64,000 bases of DNA from Phaeosaccion multiseriatum (Eukaryota; Protista; Ochrophyta, other classes). The notes under the pieces were generated by a model that was given only the letters and a program-made list of their open reading frames with translations, made no database searches and was not told the origin of the DNA. The stretch spans positions 62,001 to 126,000 of the forward strand of contig OZ218956.1 in NCBI GenBank assembly GCA_965112735.1, in the 5' to 3' direction. Both the position numbers and the translations under genes were made by a program. This document shows positions 12,905-25,754 of this stretch, one piece after another; position 1 is the first letter of the stretch; every line of letters starts with the position of its first letter.

Positions 12905-13640
12905 CGCGTCGATGTCTGATCTTTATGTCCTCCTTCCTTCTTATCCCCCCCCTCCCCCCCCAGAAGCTGAGCTGCTTGGTGGACGGAGGCAGGATCATTT
13001 AGTGAAGAGGGCACCGACAAAAGCAGCAGAACGCGGGTCAGTTGGGCAAGCGACGTGGCGACAAATAAGCAAACGAGCACGCCCTTGTAATAGCAGCGTC
13101 AGGGGTAAGAGGAAAGAGAGAGGGAGGGATGAAAGAGACAGAAATTGGAGGAGAAGAGGACGGGGGTTATGGAAGATGTAGGAACAGAGGGAAGACGGGA
13201 GCATGGGAGTGTGGGGGGGGCAGGCTACAGCGGTTCGCACAAATATGGGCATTCCTTGATTCCACGGAGCTACATATCCTTCATTATTGAGGAGGACGTG
13301 ATTTGATGGGAGAGGACAGCCGCATGTGAACCACACCCAAAAACGCACCAGAGAACCTCTTTAACCTCTCCTCGTTGCGGGCCCATCGGCTGCTGCTGCC
13401 CCTCCTCCTCCTCCTCCTCCTCCCCTTCTCTCTATCTTCTGCTGCTGCTGTTGCTGCATCATCTAAATGTCTTTTACGTCCCCAAATCACAAAAGGCCCA
13501 GAAAAAACGTCATGACAGTTTGAGTTCCCGCTTCTTGTCTTGTATCTTGTATTTTCCCCTCTTCCCATCGTCGACCATCGTCGACCATCGGGTCCTGCTC
13601 ACTCCTAGCTGCGCTCCTCTCCTCCTTCCTCATCGACTTG

Positions 13641-16603
13641 CTAGCGGGTCCTGCTCACTGGCCCCAGGCCTGCCCTCGGCCTTACGAGGGCGAGCATCAC
13701 GGCTGCACGCGACGCCCTCGAGATGTACTCCTTGCTCGCCAGCAGCAGTGCACTCTAAAGGGAGGGAGGGAGGGAGGGAGGGAGGGAGGGAGGGAACGCC
13801 AAACGGGTAGGATAGGACCGTCAGGCGTGCGGCGCTACAGCAGTCACAGACAGAGACGTTACAGAAATCACACACAGAGACGTTACAGAAATCACACATA
13901 GAGACGCAATACACAGATAAACAAACAGACAGACAGAGAGATGCTTAACGCTATAGAAATCACAGACAGAGACGCGACAGCAATCACAGACAGAGACGTT
14001 ACAGAAATCACACATAGAGACGCTACAGCAAATACACAGACAGAGACGATACAGCAATCACAGACAGAGACGCGACAGCAATCACAGACAGAGACGTTAC
14101 AGAAATCACACATAGAGACGCTACAGCAAATACACAGACAGAGACGATACAGCAATCACAGACAGAGACGCGACAGCAATCACAGACAGAGACGTTACAG
14201 AAATCACAGACAGAGACGCTACAGCAATCACAACAGAGACGTCACAGAAATCACAGACAGAGACGTTACAGAAATCACAGACAGAGACGTTACAGAAATC
14301 ACAACAGAGATGATACAGAAATCACAGACTGAACGCTACAATAGACCCCTCCTGACCTTGAGGATGGTGTGGAAGAGCTGTCCGCCCACTCCGTGGAAGA
14401 AGCCCCACACCCCCTCGTCTCTGAGGATGGCTCTCAGCGCCCCCGCAAGCGTGAGGTCGCTGGCAGAGTCGCCCCCCCCTCCCTTCCCTCCCTTCTCTCC
14501 CTTCCCGTCCTTGTCCGTGGGCCCTCCGCCCCCCCCCGCCTGCTTCCGCTGAGCCATGACGATGACCTGCGATGGACGCCAAGAGGAGTCAGCACAGCCT
14601 TCCCTCTTCTCTCGCCCTCGTCCTCTTCCTCACAGCACACATACATGCCATTCCTCCACCCCCCGCCCCATATGCCTCTGCCCAGTCCTCACCTTTGCTC
14701 TGATGAGGGGGTAGGTGAGTAGTGTCGCAACGGCCTTTGCCAGCGCGGCAACAAGAAACGCTGCCCAGGGCCCCAAGTAGTCCTGCTTGGGCCCCAACCC
14801 CCCCAACCCCCCTAACCCCCCCCCGCGGACCCTCAGCAGCCTGGCCTTGAGTGCATCGAAGAGCGTAAAGTTTATGGCGGGATTGCACGTCAGCGCGAGC
14901 GCGGGCGCGAGGCCGTTCCAGAAGCGCCGAACTCCGCCCTCTGCGAGCATGTCCAGCACGTGCGTGGACAGGTGCCGCCGCCGCCTCCCCCGCCGCCCGC
15001 CGCCATCGCCCCCCTGCACTTGCTCCAGCCCCTCACTATCCTCTGCTCTGCTGACAGGGGCAGAGGCAGGGCTGGTGCTGGGATGGTCCGAAGACGGCGA
15101 GGACGAGCCCCACACGAGTGCTGACGCTGACGCTGACGCTGACGCTGACGCTGACGCTGACTCTGACTTTGCCGCTGAGTCCAAGTCGCCAAGATCTCCT
15201 CCTCCTCCTCCTCCTCCTCCTCCTCCTCCTCCTCCTTCCCCCCCCTGCCCAGCAGACGGAGAGGCTGAGCCAGCGGAAGAAAGAGATAGCTCTGTCGGTG
15301 TTGTTGAGTATGAGTCTCCTTCGTCGTCACCATCATCCCCACTCCCTTCCAAGTCGGTTTGCACTCGCGTCGTGATGTTCTCCAGAGGAAGCGTGACGAG
15401 CTGATTCACGGACGCTGTGCAGGCCGAGGGAAGGGAAGGGAAGGGAAGGGGTCGGACAAGGCGGACAGGGCTCTGAGTCGGGATGTCTCTGTGGAAAGGG
15501 AGGGCGAGACAGATATACTATGCCCTGTGACACTGAGGGGTGACAAGTGCGGCAAGAGGCAAGCAGCGAGGGAGCTGCTGCGAGCAACATGAGTCCTCTC
15601 TTTCGCTCCTATACCTGCCAGAGTGGCTGAGAGGAGACTCAGGGCGGTGGGGCCGAAGGAGTACCGCCTCTTCAGCACCACCTGCAACGAGGACGGAAGA
15701 GAAGGGGGCAAGGAGGATGTAAGGGGGACACAGTGACTTGACAGACTCTTCCGGGCGGTAGTGAGGGAGGATTCATGCCCAGCGGCTCCGATACAGTCAT
15801 CCGTACAAGCCCACTCGGGGAGGCATGTATCGCCCCCCACATCGTGTGTCCAACCACAGGCCACAAGAGGTTCTCAGGACAATACTGCCCAAACATTCAT
15901 CAGTGGAAATGAAAGCATCCACTCTGCCCCCCCCCCCCCCAACCCATACACCCACCTTGAGCCAAGCGAAGACGTAAAAGTAGAGAAAGCTGCCGCACAG
16001 CGTGGTGAGCAGCTTCACCCCCAGGCCCCTCCACAGCGCCCCCGCCCCTCCCCGCCGCAGCATGCCCACCAGAGAGGTGAGTAGGCGACTGCACAGCCAC
16101 AGACGAGACGAGGGGCACTGCTCACACCCCTCACATCCTTCCTCTCTCGCCTCTTGCTCCCCCACACTACCCCCGTCTTCTCGCGGCGGCGGAGGCGGAT
16201 CGCCACCATCTCCACCTCCATAACTTGAGGTTGAAGCGCTAATACTCGAAGCCATCTGCTGCTGGCCCTCCTTCTGTTCCTGCTCTTCTTGCTCCTGCTC
16301 CTCCTGCTCGTCCTGCTTGTCCTGCTCCTGCTGCTCCTCCTGCTCTTCCTCCTCCTCCTCCTCGTCGTCGTCGTCCTCGTCCTCCTCCTCATCCGTATGT
16401 GCCTTCATCAGCTGCTCTTCCTGCTCCTGCAAAAGGCTCTCCCTTCTCCTCCTGCCGCACGGCGTGTCTTGCATGCTCTGGACACGTGTCTTGGCGACGT
16501 CCAGGGGATAGCACATGGCAGTCGAAAGGACCGCCCCCATGCCTCCCGCCACGGCATCAGCAAACGCCGCCACACTCGCGCTTACCTCCCCATGTTCCTC
16601 CAT
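13641..16603 (-). CDS. Mitochondrial carrier family (SLC25) protein, peroxisomal adenine nucleotide carrier (PNC/ANT1/SLC25A17)-like, 5 exons
   Basis: Three carrier repeats: YPLDVAKTRVQ..LWRGL; LPLENITTRVQ..FWNGLAPALALTCNPAINFTLFD; TYPLIRAK..GFFHGVGGQLFHTILK|SALLLASKE. NPAI and YPLIRAK are typical of the peroxisomal subgroup. Stop TAG at 13641-13643. Confidence 0.88.
13845..14340. repeat. Intronic minisatellite, about 22-24-bp degenerate unit (CAGAGACGTTACAGAAATCACAGA)
   Basis: About 20 imperfect tandem copies, with higher-order duplication, in the last intron of the carrier gene. Confidence 0.9.
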
Positions 16604-16740
16604 GGTTCACTTGGAGCCACCACTTGAAAGCGAAAATGAAAAAAAAAAATCATGCCCCTTGACATAATCAAGTGGCCGTCTTCGGAACAGGGGGTCAGAA
16701 GGGGGTTGATACAAGTATTTATTCCTCTCTCTTTCTTCCG
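16604..16740. promoter_or_regulatory. Putative compact bidirectional promoter (137 bp) between the carrier and PfkB genes
   Basis: Divergent ATGs at 16603 (-) and 16741 (+), separated by AT-richer sequence with a poly-A run. Confidence 0.55.
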
Positions 16741-18761
16741 ATGACATACACCCAGGCCCTGGTCCTGCTCTTCCTGTTGACGCATTCCTGCTGCTCCGGC
16801 CTCTCTGTTGCTCTTCGGTCGTCCTTGAAGAGCGCAATGGGGGGCCCTCACGTCCTAGCTTTGGGGAGTACAGGGGTTGATTACATCGCCTCTGTGGCCG
16901 CGTACCCTACAGCAGACTCCAAAATCCGCTCAGAGAGCCTTCTCATCACTGGAGGGGGGAACTCGGGCAACTGTATAACAGCGTACGTGCATTCAAAGAG
17001 AAGAATTTGCCATCGCAACCTGCTCTCACATTTCCTCGTTGTCTTTTTCCTTCTCTCTCTTGCTTCTCTCCCTTGCTCTGCAGGGTGAGTCGCTTAGGCG
17101 TGTCCGCTGCTATCTGCAGCAAAGTAGGGGCGGACTCCAACGGACGCACCGTCGCGGAGGAGCTGGAGAGGGACGAAGTGGATGTGTCGCACCTCCTCCT
17201 CTCCCCCAACACCCCCACACCTTTCACATACATAGTGGTTGACCAGACCAAGAACACACGGACATGCATTCACACCCCTCAGGAGGAAGGTCAGTGAGGA
17301 CTCAGCAGACAATATGATAGATTCACTCACGAAGAGGAGAGATGCATTCACTCATGTGCGTGGGCAACTCACTCCTCGCAGAGCTGCTGCCCAGCGAGAT
17401 GTCCAAGTCTCTGCTGGAGGGGGTGTCGTGCCTGGTGCTGTGCGGACGGCACACCGAGGCGGCCATCACCCTTGCCACAATGGCCAATACAATGCAGGTA
17501 CTGTATATCGCCCTTGGCAGAGGGACCTTGGCAGGGGGGCTTGTGTACATTCGCCGTCGTTTTTACCGTCATAGACTGCTCTGTGATGTGTAGCAAGTCC
17601 TTTCCCCCCCTCCTCACCATCTGCTGTTGGTGTTTCGTGACTCACACTTGGCAGGTTCCCGTGGTGCTCGACGCGGAGAAGGACAGACCGCACTTTAAAA
17701 AACTCGTGAGTGAGGGGGGAGGAAAGGACAAAAGAAGAAGACAGTTTCGCCTTGTGGCGTTACACTCCACCTCCAGGAGGGCACCAATCACTCATACCCC
17801 ACCAATCACTCATACCCCGCGCTTAAGATATCGATTCCATTGCCCATGATCACTAATGCCCTCGCTATTCACAGTTGGCTCTGGCGGATGTGGTAGTGTG
17901 CAACGAGGGCTACGCAAAGACGCTGCTATCGACCCCGGGGTGGCCGGAGGGGGGTGAAGCGTCGTTTCAGCCGCCTCCGGAGTGTCCAGAGAATGATGGT
18001 GAGGCGCGAGAAAAGGGCATGGCGCATCTTCTACTGCGCCGTAAGGGCCGAGAGCAGAGCAGAGCCAAGCTTGTCATCAGCACCCTGGGGGAAAAGGGCT
18101 CGGTGGTGAGTGACGGGGGGCGCTGGGGGGCTTTGTAGACAGTGGTGGGGCGAGGGAAAAGGGTTCGAGCCAGGCTGAAAGGCGGGACAGTCTGTTGATC
18201 GATTGTTGCTCCTCTCTCTCTCCCGTCCTCCTTCAGATGATGTACGACAAGTCGAGAGAGCAGGAGGTCGCGACTCTGTTCGGGGGCTTGGGCTTGTTGG
18301 GGGGCAGCGAGGATGCCCACTCTGAGGCCTTGCCCGCGGCTTGTCCTGTGCTCCTCACGCAGGAGGTTCGAGAGGGAGGTGACCGTGATAGCGGTGACGG
18401 CAAGTTGAACATTGTGCGGTGCCCCGCTTGGCGGGTGCCCGATGACGAAATTGTGGACACAACAGGAGGTGAGCATCTGGCGGGAGGGGGGCGGACAGGG
18501 ACTGAGAGGGACTGCTAGAGACGGCCCACGTACCTTCCTTCTCCTCGCACTCACAGACTTGTCGTATGATCGCTGTCCCCTTCAGCTGGCGACGCCTTCA
18601 TCGGCGGCTTGGTGTACAGCCTCGTCAACAAGACGGGCGTGGCAAGGGGGTTGGTGCTGGCCTCGCTCGTGGCGGCTCAGAAGCTCAGGCAGCCCGGCCC
18701 GAGGAAGGGCCTGCCCACAGCCCAGGACATTGCGGCGCTGGGGCACGCCTACCTCTTGTGA
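16741..18761 (+). CDS. PfkB/ribokinase-family carbohydrate kinase, 7 exons, with a probable signal + transit (bipartite) leader
   Basis: GGGNSGNCITA|VSRLG, SKVGADSNG, PVVLDAEK, VVCNEGY, VISTLGEKGS, and the PfkB signature DTTG|AGDAFIGG split by an intron. Leader MTYTQALVLLFLLTHSCCSG-LSVALRSSLKS. Alternative ATG at 16837. Confidence 0.9.
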
Positions 18762-19122
18762 AGGGGCACACACACACTTGCCAAAGAGGAGGGGTATTAT
18801 CGGAGGGGCCGTCCTGAGCCCCTCCTGAGCCCCTCCTGAGCCCCTCCTGAGCCCTATCAAGCCTCTGCCCCAGAGTTGCGCCCGCCCCTGCTGCTGAAGC
18901 GAGCAAGACCTGCTGCTCCACGCGCTCGAAGCTGATGTACCCAAGCCTTCTGCTGGGGCAGACTCAGCTACACCTCAACTACGGCCATGCGGCTCTGCGG
19001 CCCTGCCCCTGCCTGTGCCGGTGCAAGTCCTCGGACAGCGGATGTGGGCCCCGACCACAAAGGGTGGACGCAAGCGGTGGACAAAAAGGGTGAAAAACAA
19101 GTTTTGCTTGAGAGAGACAGGC

Positions 19123-19179
<57 letters not shown>

Positions 19180-19502
19180 GCATCTCGTGTGTGCCCGAGA
19201 GGGGGGCGGGAGCGCACGTCGGGAAGAGGAGCAGACCCTTTGACCCTTTGACCCGTTATGTGCAAAGTAGCACCGCGGCCCCTCCGGTTCGCTCCTGCTT
19301 GGTACAGCGCCTACTGCCTCAGTAGTTTCATCCTCGATGAAAAAGGAGAAAAAGAAGAAGGAAAGGACGATAGCCCCCAACAACCAACAACACTGACAAG
19401 TGCTGCTGGATGGGTCTCTGCCGCGCTTCCTTCCAAATGAATACATGACTAAAAATCCATTGTGTTTGACTAAAGATGTATGCCTCTATATACTGCGGCG
19501 CC

Positions 19503-19535
<33 letters not shown>

Positions 19536-19667
19536 CGGACACGGCTGGAGGCCCCAAGACGCTCGTGTGCTGCTCCATTCCAATTTTTTAAAGGGAGCGA
19601 CATGTGGGTCGTGGGAAGTAAGCCAGTGGGAGCGTGGATGTATCTCCCCAGGGGGCCCAGGGGGGGC

Positions 19668-21979
19668 TCAGCCCTGGGGGGCGGCGGTGGAGCCTACGGC
19701 GGCAAGCTTCGCCTCTAAAATGCCAGAGCCGCGGCGCTGATGGTCGGCCCCCTCCAGAGCCTGAGGTGGACATGAAAAGGGGAGGGTTGCAAGGCGTGAG
19801 TGAGTGCGCGTACCAATCAGAGAGTGCGTGGGCATGTCAGAGGCATACAGAGGCATACAGAGGCAGGCTGAGGGAAAGAGAGAGAGAGATTGGGAGGGGG
19901 AAGTAGAAAACTGTGTGACTGATCGAGAGGATAATAGATAGTAGTCTCTCATCGATCAACTCCATCGCCTGAGGACAGGCTACAATACCCCATGTGAGTG
20001 ATGCTCCCATCCCGTCCCGTGTTCCAGTCTCACCCGTGGCGTGTTCTCCCTGCTGGCCATGCTCGCTTTGCTGTCCACTCTGCTGAGCATGAGCTTAGTG
20101 GGGGCCACGAGCCGGCTATCCAGAGAGATGACGGGCGGCCCGAAGCGGGATTTGTAAGACTGAAACGCATGACCATTCGCCCCTGCCCCTGCTCCGGCCC
20201 CCGCTCCGCCTGCCCCGCTCTTCACCTCCCCCTCCCACGACCACGAGCCGAGGCGCACGCCGCAGGCACTATTTGGGCATTTGATGACCCCTGATAGATA
20301 CCCAAACAAACACACGTGGAGGGATGCGCAGGACAGGAGTAAGAGGACGGGGGGCGGCACCTCCGCTGGGATGCGGGCAAATCAAGCAAACACGCAATGG
20401 GCCAAGCCAGCGAACAAGCACCGAAGCAAAAGGACAATGCATATGACCTGTGCTGCTGCTCATGATGCTCCCCATCCACTGCAGGTAGCCCACGTAGATC
20501 CATCGCCCGTCGTGCGGATGGAGCACCGCCATCTTCTCATTGGCCTCGGCAAGCCGACTGACAAGCCCACGCACACACGCGCACACACAGAGAGACAAGG
20601 GAGGTTAGAGCTACAGGCGCAGTGATGAGCAGTGGGCAGGCATATGGGCATGGGAAGTGGACAAGCGGCAGGCATATGGGCATGGGCAGATAGGCCGGAC
20701 AGTCGGGCAGAGCACAGCAGAGCGCACACTTGCTCCGTCCTCGGCAGCACAGCACTGATACTTCGGACGAGAGGGGGTCGAGTCCACAGCCCATCACAGA
20801 CGACCAAAGACAGACACCCCCCCCTCTCTCTCACCTGGACCTTGCGTGGCTTGGCGTGTCGATGAGACTCATCCTCGCCAGCCAGCGGCGCTTGTCCGCG
20901 CTTTGCGTCGACAACCCCGCCCCTGCCGCCCCGTTCAAGGCTCCACTGCCGCCCCCACCGCCACCGCCGCTCCCCCCCTTGCCGGGCGGTGGAGCCCCAT
21001 CTATGGGCAAGGGGGTGGTCAGCGGGCTCGCCGGCCCGCTCCTGCTCCCCCCGGGCTGCCCGTCGGTGCTGCCCGCGAAGGACATTTGTGAATCCTCATC
21101 CTCGTCGTAGCTTGCCCCTCTGGTGACGCCCCCTTCCTGCTGCGCCCCTTGCTCAGTGCCATGCTCACTGTCCTGCAGCTGCAGTTGGTGCTCCTTGCCG
21201 TACGCGTAGAGCGATGAGCTGTGGAATGCCCTCGACGCGCCTTCCTCCCCGAGCCCCCTCGGAGAGTCTGTGGGATGGTGGTGGCTGACTGCCCCTGCTG
21301 CCGCCCCGCCCCCCGGCCCCGCTCCCCTATCCTGCTGCCCGCCATCGACATTATCCAAGTCGATGCCAACATTGTCGCTCAAGTCCTCCTCTGTCGCCTC
21401 GCAGTCGCTCTCGTCCATCATCGCCGCCACTCCATTGTCTTCCCTCGCCTGCCGTATCACCACCCGCTGCGCCCCCTGCACAGGGCTCCCCTCCACAGGC
21501 GTGGGAGAACTGCTAATGCCTCCGCTGCCTCCGTCGCCTCCCGCGCTGGACGGTGAGCGCCCCCCGGGGTCCCCCTCTCCCCCCTGCATGAGTGGTTTCC
21601 GACTCATGGCCCACTCCATGTCCATGTCCCTCCCCTCGTGGGGGCGCGAGGTGTCAATCTCCGCTAGTCGGGACCCCAACCTCACCCTCACCCCCCCCCC
21701 AATTCTCAAGCCCTGCACAACCCCCCCACTGCCGCCGCCGCCGCTCCTCCTCCCGCTCCGTCCTCCGTCTCCACCCGCTAAAGGAGGAGGTGTTGATGGC
21801 GGCAGACTGACTTGCTGCTGTTGGGCATCCGCATGGTTGTGGTCATCCTCCTCTCCGCCCTCATAGCCGTCGCCGTCTCCGTCTCCCCCTCCCTGCGCTG
21901 AACTCATGGCGCTGTCCATACTTGTAGAGGACACTTCCCTCTCCTCCCCCTGCTCCTGCACCTGGATCACCAACGGCCC

Positions 21980-22013
<34 letters not shown>

Positions 22014-25000
22014 GGCTGCTGCTTCTCACTCAACAAGTCCGTCCTCAGGCCGCACTTGCTGCGGTCACATGGCGTAGTGCCGTCACACGTCGTGCCAATG
22101 GCATGGCCGACCTTCACCTCAAAGTTCCTGTCACTGGCCAAGTGGTCCCTGTCACTGATGTCCGCCCCCTCCGCCCTGTCCTGGTGCTTGGGCGTGCCCG
22201 ACTCCGAAACAGAGATGGACGGAGACACAGAGGCTGAATCAGAAGCGGCGGACCCGCCATCCTCTGCCGCCCCTTGCCCAGCCTGTTGTGGGTCGCCATG
22301 TCTTCCCTCTGCGGCTTCTAAGCTATCGTTTGTGCTGCCGCTGTTGTCCCGGCCAAAGCCCCCGCTCTCTCGCCCTCTCCCCCCCATGCCCCTTCGCCGC
22401 AGCAGAGGAACTTGTTGGAGCCGAAAGCCGCCACCGCCACCGCCACCGCCACCGCTGTAGCCTGCTTGTACCCCGCCCATGGCCATCGCTGCCATCACCC
22501 CGTCGCGGAGCCCCTCGGCCACTGTGGCGCTGGAGTGGGAGTGTGGCGAGTACCGAGGGAGAGGCTGATGCCCCCCTGGGGTCGTCGCTGCGGCCTTGGG
22601 CGTGGGGGTTGACACGGAGCTGAAACTGCCCACGCGGGTGGGCGCGGCATAGCACGCACTGAGATCAGCCTCACTGCATGGAGCAGACAAAGGAAGGAGA
22701 GGAGGGGCGGCGGCAGTTTGCGGATTGGATTTGGCAGATAAAGCTCAGACATGCATGCGCCCTGCTCTCCACCCCTCTATATCGTGCACCCTCTGTTCTG
22801 TGCCGCTCGTACAAGTCCTCCCTCCTCACCTCCATTCCGGTACGTCTATCTCGTTGTTGATGATGTCCCCGGCCGTGAGCAGCAGCGAGCCGCAGCTTCG
22901 ACAGCAGTAGATCTCCTCCATGGAGCTCAGAGGGAGAATCAACTGAGGCGAGGCACCATCACGCAAGAGGAAGGGTCGCGTCGAGTGAGACAGGCGCCGG
23001 AGTAGTGGACAAGGGGGTGGAGGCAGACGGGCAGACCACAGAGAGACCCTGTCCAAGGGGCAGCCTCCAACCCCTCTACAGCAGCAGTATCGCCCTACCT
23101 TCATTGACGTGAAGCCCGGCCTGGACAGCCTGATGTTGGCAGGTCGCGGCATCTTCATATCGAGAAAGTTCGGCGGCACATTGCCGCCATTGCTGCACCC
23201 TGCCCCCGCCCCTGCTGCTCCTGCTGACGCCCCTGCTGCTGCTCCGTCCCCTCCTCCCCCGCCCTCTTCTGACACGCTGCTGCTGTTGCTCCCGCCGCCG
23301 CCAGCGACTCCGCTGTGTGGTAAGGCGGTGTGGGTTGAGTTGGGGTTCGGAACGATGCCCACTCCCCCGCCCCCTCTGCTTCGTGGAGAGCGGGACCAGC
23401 GGCCCTTGGGAGAGCGGGGAGGTGCCACCACATCGCTGGAGCGCGGCGTGGACGAGGGGCTCAGGGCCGCTCCCTGAACAGAAGAGATGAGACGAGCACC
23501 CGACAGAAGAGGGACAGGGGCAAGAAGGATGGCAACGTTAGTCCCCTTTAGATAGGAGGGAGGGGGCCCACAGACAGACAGACAGGCAGACAGCCGCATC
23601 TCCATGTCGTACAGCCTTATTCCCTCCCCTCCTCCGAGCCTCACTCCCTCCCCTCCCCTCCCCTCGCCACGAGCAACGCACGCGCCCCCCTCCCCGGACA
23701 TGAGTCAAGCAAGAGTCAAGCAAGAGGCAAGCAAGAGGCAAGCAAGAGGCAAGCAGACACACACTTGTCTCACCTGCTCCGAGTCGCCCGTGCTCCCCTC
23801 GCTCGGCCGCCGCCCCCCGCCCCCGCACCCACTCCCGCCGCTGCCCTCGTAAGGGTGGCGGGGAGACTTGGTGTCAGGACCCCCACCCCCACCTCCCACC
23901 CCCGCGCTCATCTTAAGGTTATACATCTGGTGCAGATGCAGGCGCAGCATCATCTGGTGTGACCTGAACACGTCGTGTCCGGCGGCGGAGAAAGCCCTCA
24001 ACTGCTGCTCGAAGCCTTTGTTGACCGACACCACGGGCCGCACGGCTCGTATGCTTGCGATGGCCTGCTCGTAGCTTACATTCTGCGTTGACATCAGGTA
24101 TGCCACCAGGAAGGCTGCAGATGGGAACGAGGGAGAGAGGGGGAGAGGGCAGGCTTTGAGTCGCCTCTTTCGTTGTTGATTGGCTGGCACCATACCTTTC
24201 GTCTAAAATGCCCTGCTACGATGAAGGTGTAGGTTTGGGGGTTGGTCCTTCCTTCCTTCCTGTATGACTGACCTGCCGACCTGGACCTCCCCCCTGCGCA
24301 GTGCACGAGCAACCCCCCCTTCTCGATGCCCGCCTCGATGAAGATGTTGGCTGGTCCGATGGCGGACAGCAGGTTGGCACCCTCCTTGTCCCGCAAGTCA
24401 ACACTGAAGTACGTGAAGGAGCGCGGGAAGGTTGGCGGGAGACCGGACGCGTTGAGAACCTAGAGGAAAGGAAGAAGACGGAGGGAGGGCCGCCAGGGGG
24501 TGGGGGTAAGGGTCGTCATGATGGTTGGTTGGTTGGTTGGTTGTTAGAGCAAGCATAATCAGTAAGTGGGTGGGCGAGTCACGCATGGGGTGCCTCGCCT
24601 GGCCAGCTGTCCTCCTTCCTGCCCACTCGCTACTCACATGCGTTATGCCCCGCTCGTGCATACCCTCCTGGTTGAAGGCCGCGTGGATGGAGCCGATCCA
24701 CACTCGGTCCATTACCTGCGCCGGCACATTGTCCTGTACAGTGTGCAGAGGGGGGGCAAGCAGAGGACAAGCGGAGCATGAGGCGTGCTGTGCTGAGCTG
24801 AGCATCACAGGCAAGCCTTCCCCTGTGCTGAGCAGAGCATCACAGGCAAGCCTTCCCCTGTGCTGAGCATCACAGGCAAGCCTTCCCCTCATACTCCACG
24901 CCCCCGCGACAGCAGCCGTGGCTGGCATACACCAAGGTGCGCTGGTGGGGATCCCCCCGCCAGGAGATGAGCCCTCCCCCCCAAGACTCGTCCAATGACT

Positions 25001-25754
25001 TGTGCTACACGGCACAATCTCGCGACAAGAGGCAGCGCAACAGAGAGAGCGGAGACGGCATCTGCACCGCCAAATGTGAGTGCCCCGCGAGGTGCTTCCC
25101 CTCCAGCTTCCCCCCTGTCCCCACCCCCCCCTCGTGCCTCACGGAGGATCAAAGCCAGTAGGAGAGGGCACACCGCTGCTGAGCACCACCCAACAAGCCT
25201 TCTTCAACAGCTGATGCCTTTGTCAGCTTGGTGAGGCGTCCCCAGCCACAGTAACAGACACGCACAGAGCAGCTCCGCTGTCGTCTGTCTCTACCGCCTC
25301 CACGATGCCCTCTCACCCACCCGCACTCTCGGGACGAGACGCAGAGGAAAGGCCAAGCAAGGCCGCGACTAACGGCATCGCATCGCACCCCGAGCTGAAA
25401 AGAGCGGCCAAAGAACCCTCGTGCACTACACCGCGGCCACACTCTTTCCCAGACATGTGCATCGCCTTGTCCTTGGGCGTCCCACCCTCTTCCTCTGTCG
25501 CTCTCTCCCAATGGAAGCGCCGCAAACCCGCTGAACACGCGCCCAGGCTGAAAAGCGGAGTCCCCAATCCAGCAGCACAACACTTTCATTTCTCATCTTC
25601 GTCTCTCGCACCCCCCCCCCCCCTTCTCCGCGCGTATATGTCTTCCCGCGGCACACTTGAGAGTGTGGTTGAGGAGAAGCTTGTGACGTACCTGCACGAG
25701 ATCGGGCTTCAGAGAGAGGTCCAAGTTGGCCCTGGGCCGGCGTGGTCCGCTCAT
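19668..25754 (-). CDS. Dual-specificity phosphatase, DUSP12/YVH1-like, with a split and degenerate C-terminal Zn-binding domain, about 10 exons
   Basis: RVWIGSIHAA..ERGITH|VLNAS, catalytic LVHCAGGRSRS|AAFLVAYLM, RPVVSVNKGFEQQL; C-terminal YCCRSCG, YLQWM, IKCPNSACGVRLGSWSW, SRVD. The first exon (25754-25692) is inferred from a CAG|GTACGT donor with matching phase and is less certain. Confidence 0.82.
24796..24889. repeat. Intronic tandem repeat, about 30-35-bp unit x3 (GAGCATCACAGGCAAGCCTTCCCCTGTGCT)
   Basis: Directly visible in the first intron of the phosphatase gene. Confidence 0.85.

Noticed and set aside
13845-14340. CRISPR-like periodicity or a repeat protein (TEITDRDV)
   Set aside because: Tandem degenerate units without unique spacers, inside an intron of a eukaryotic gene; no cas genes.
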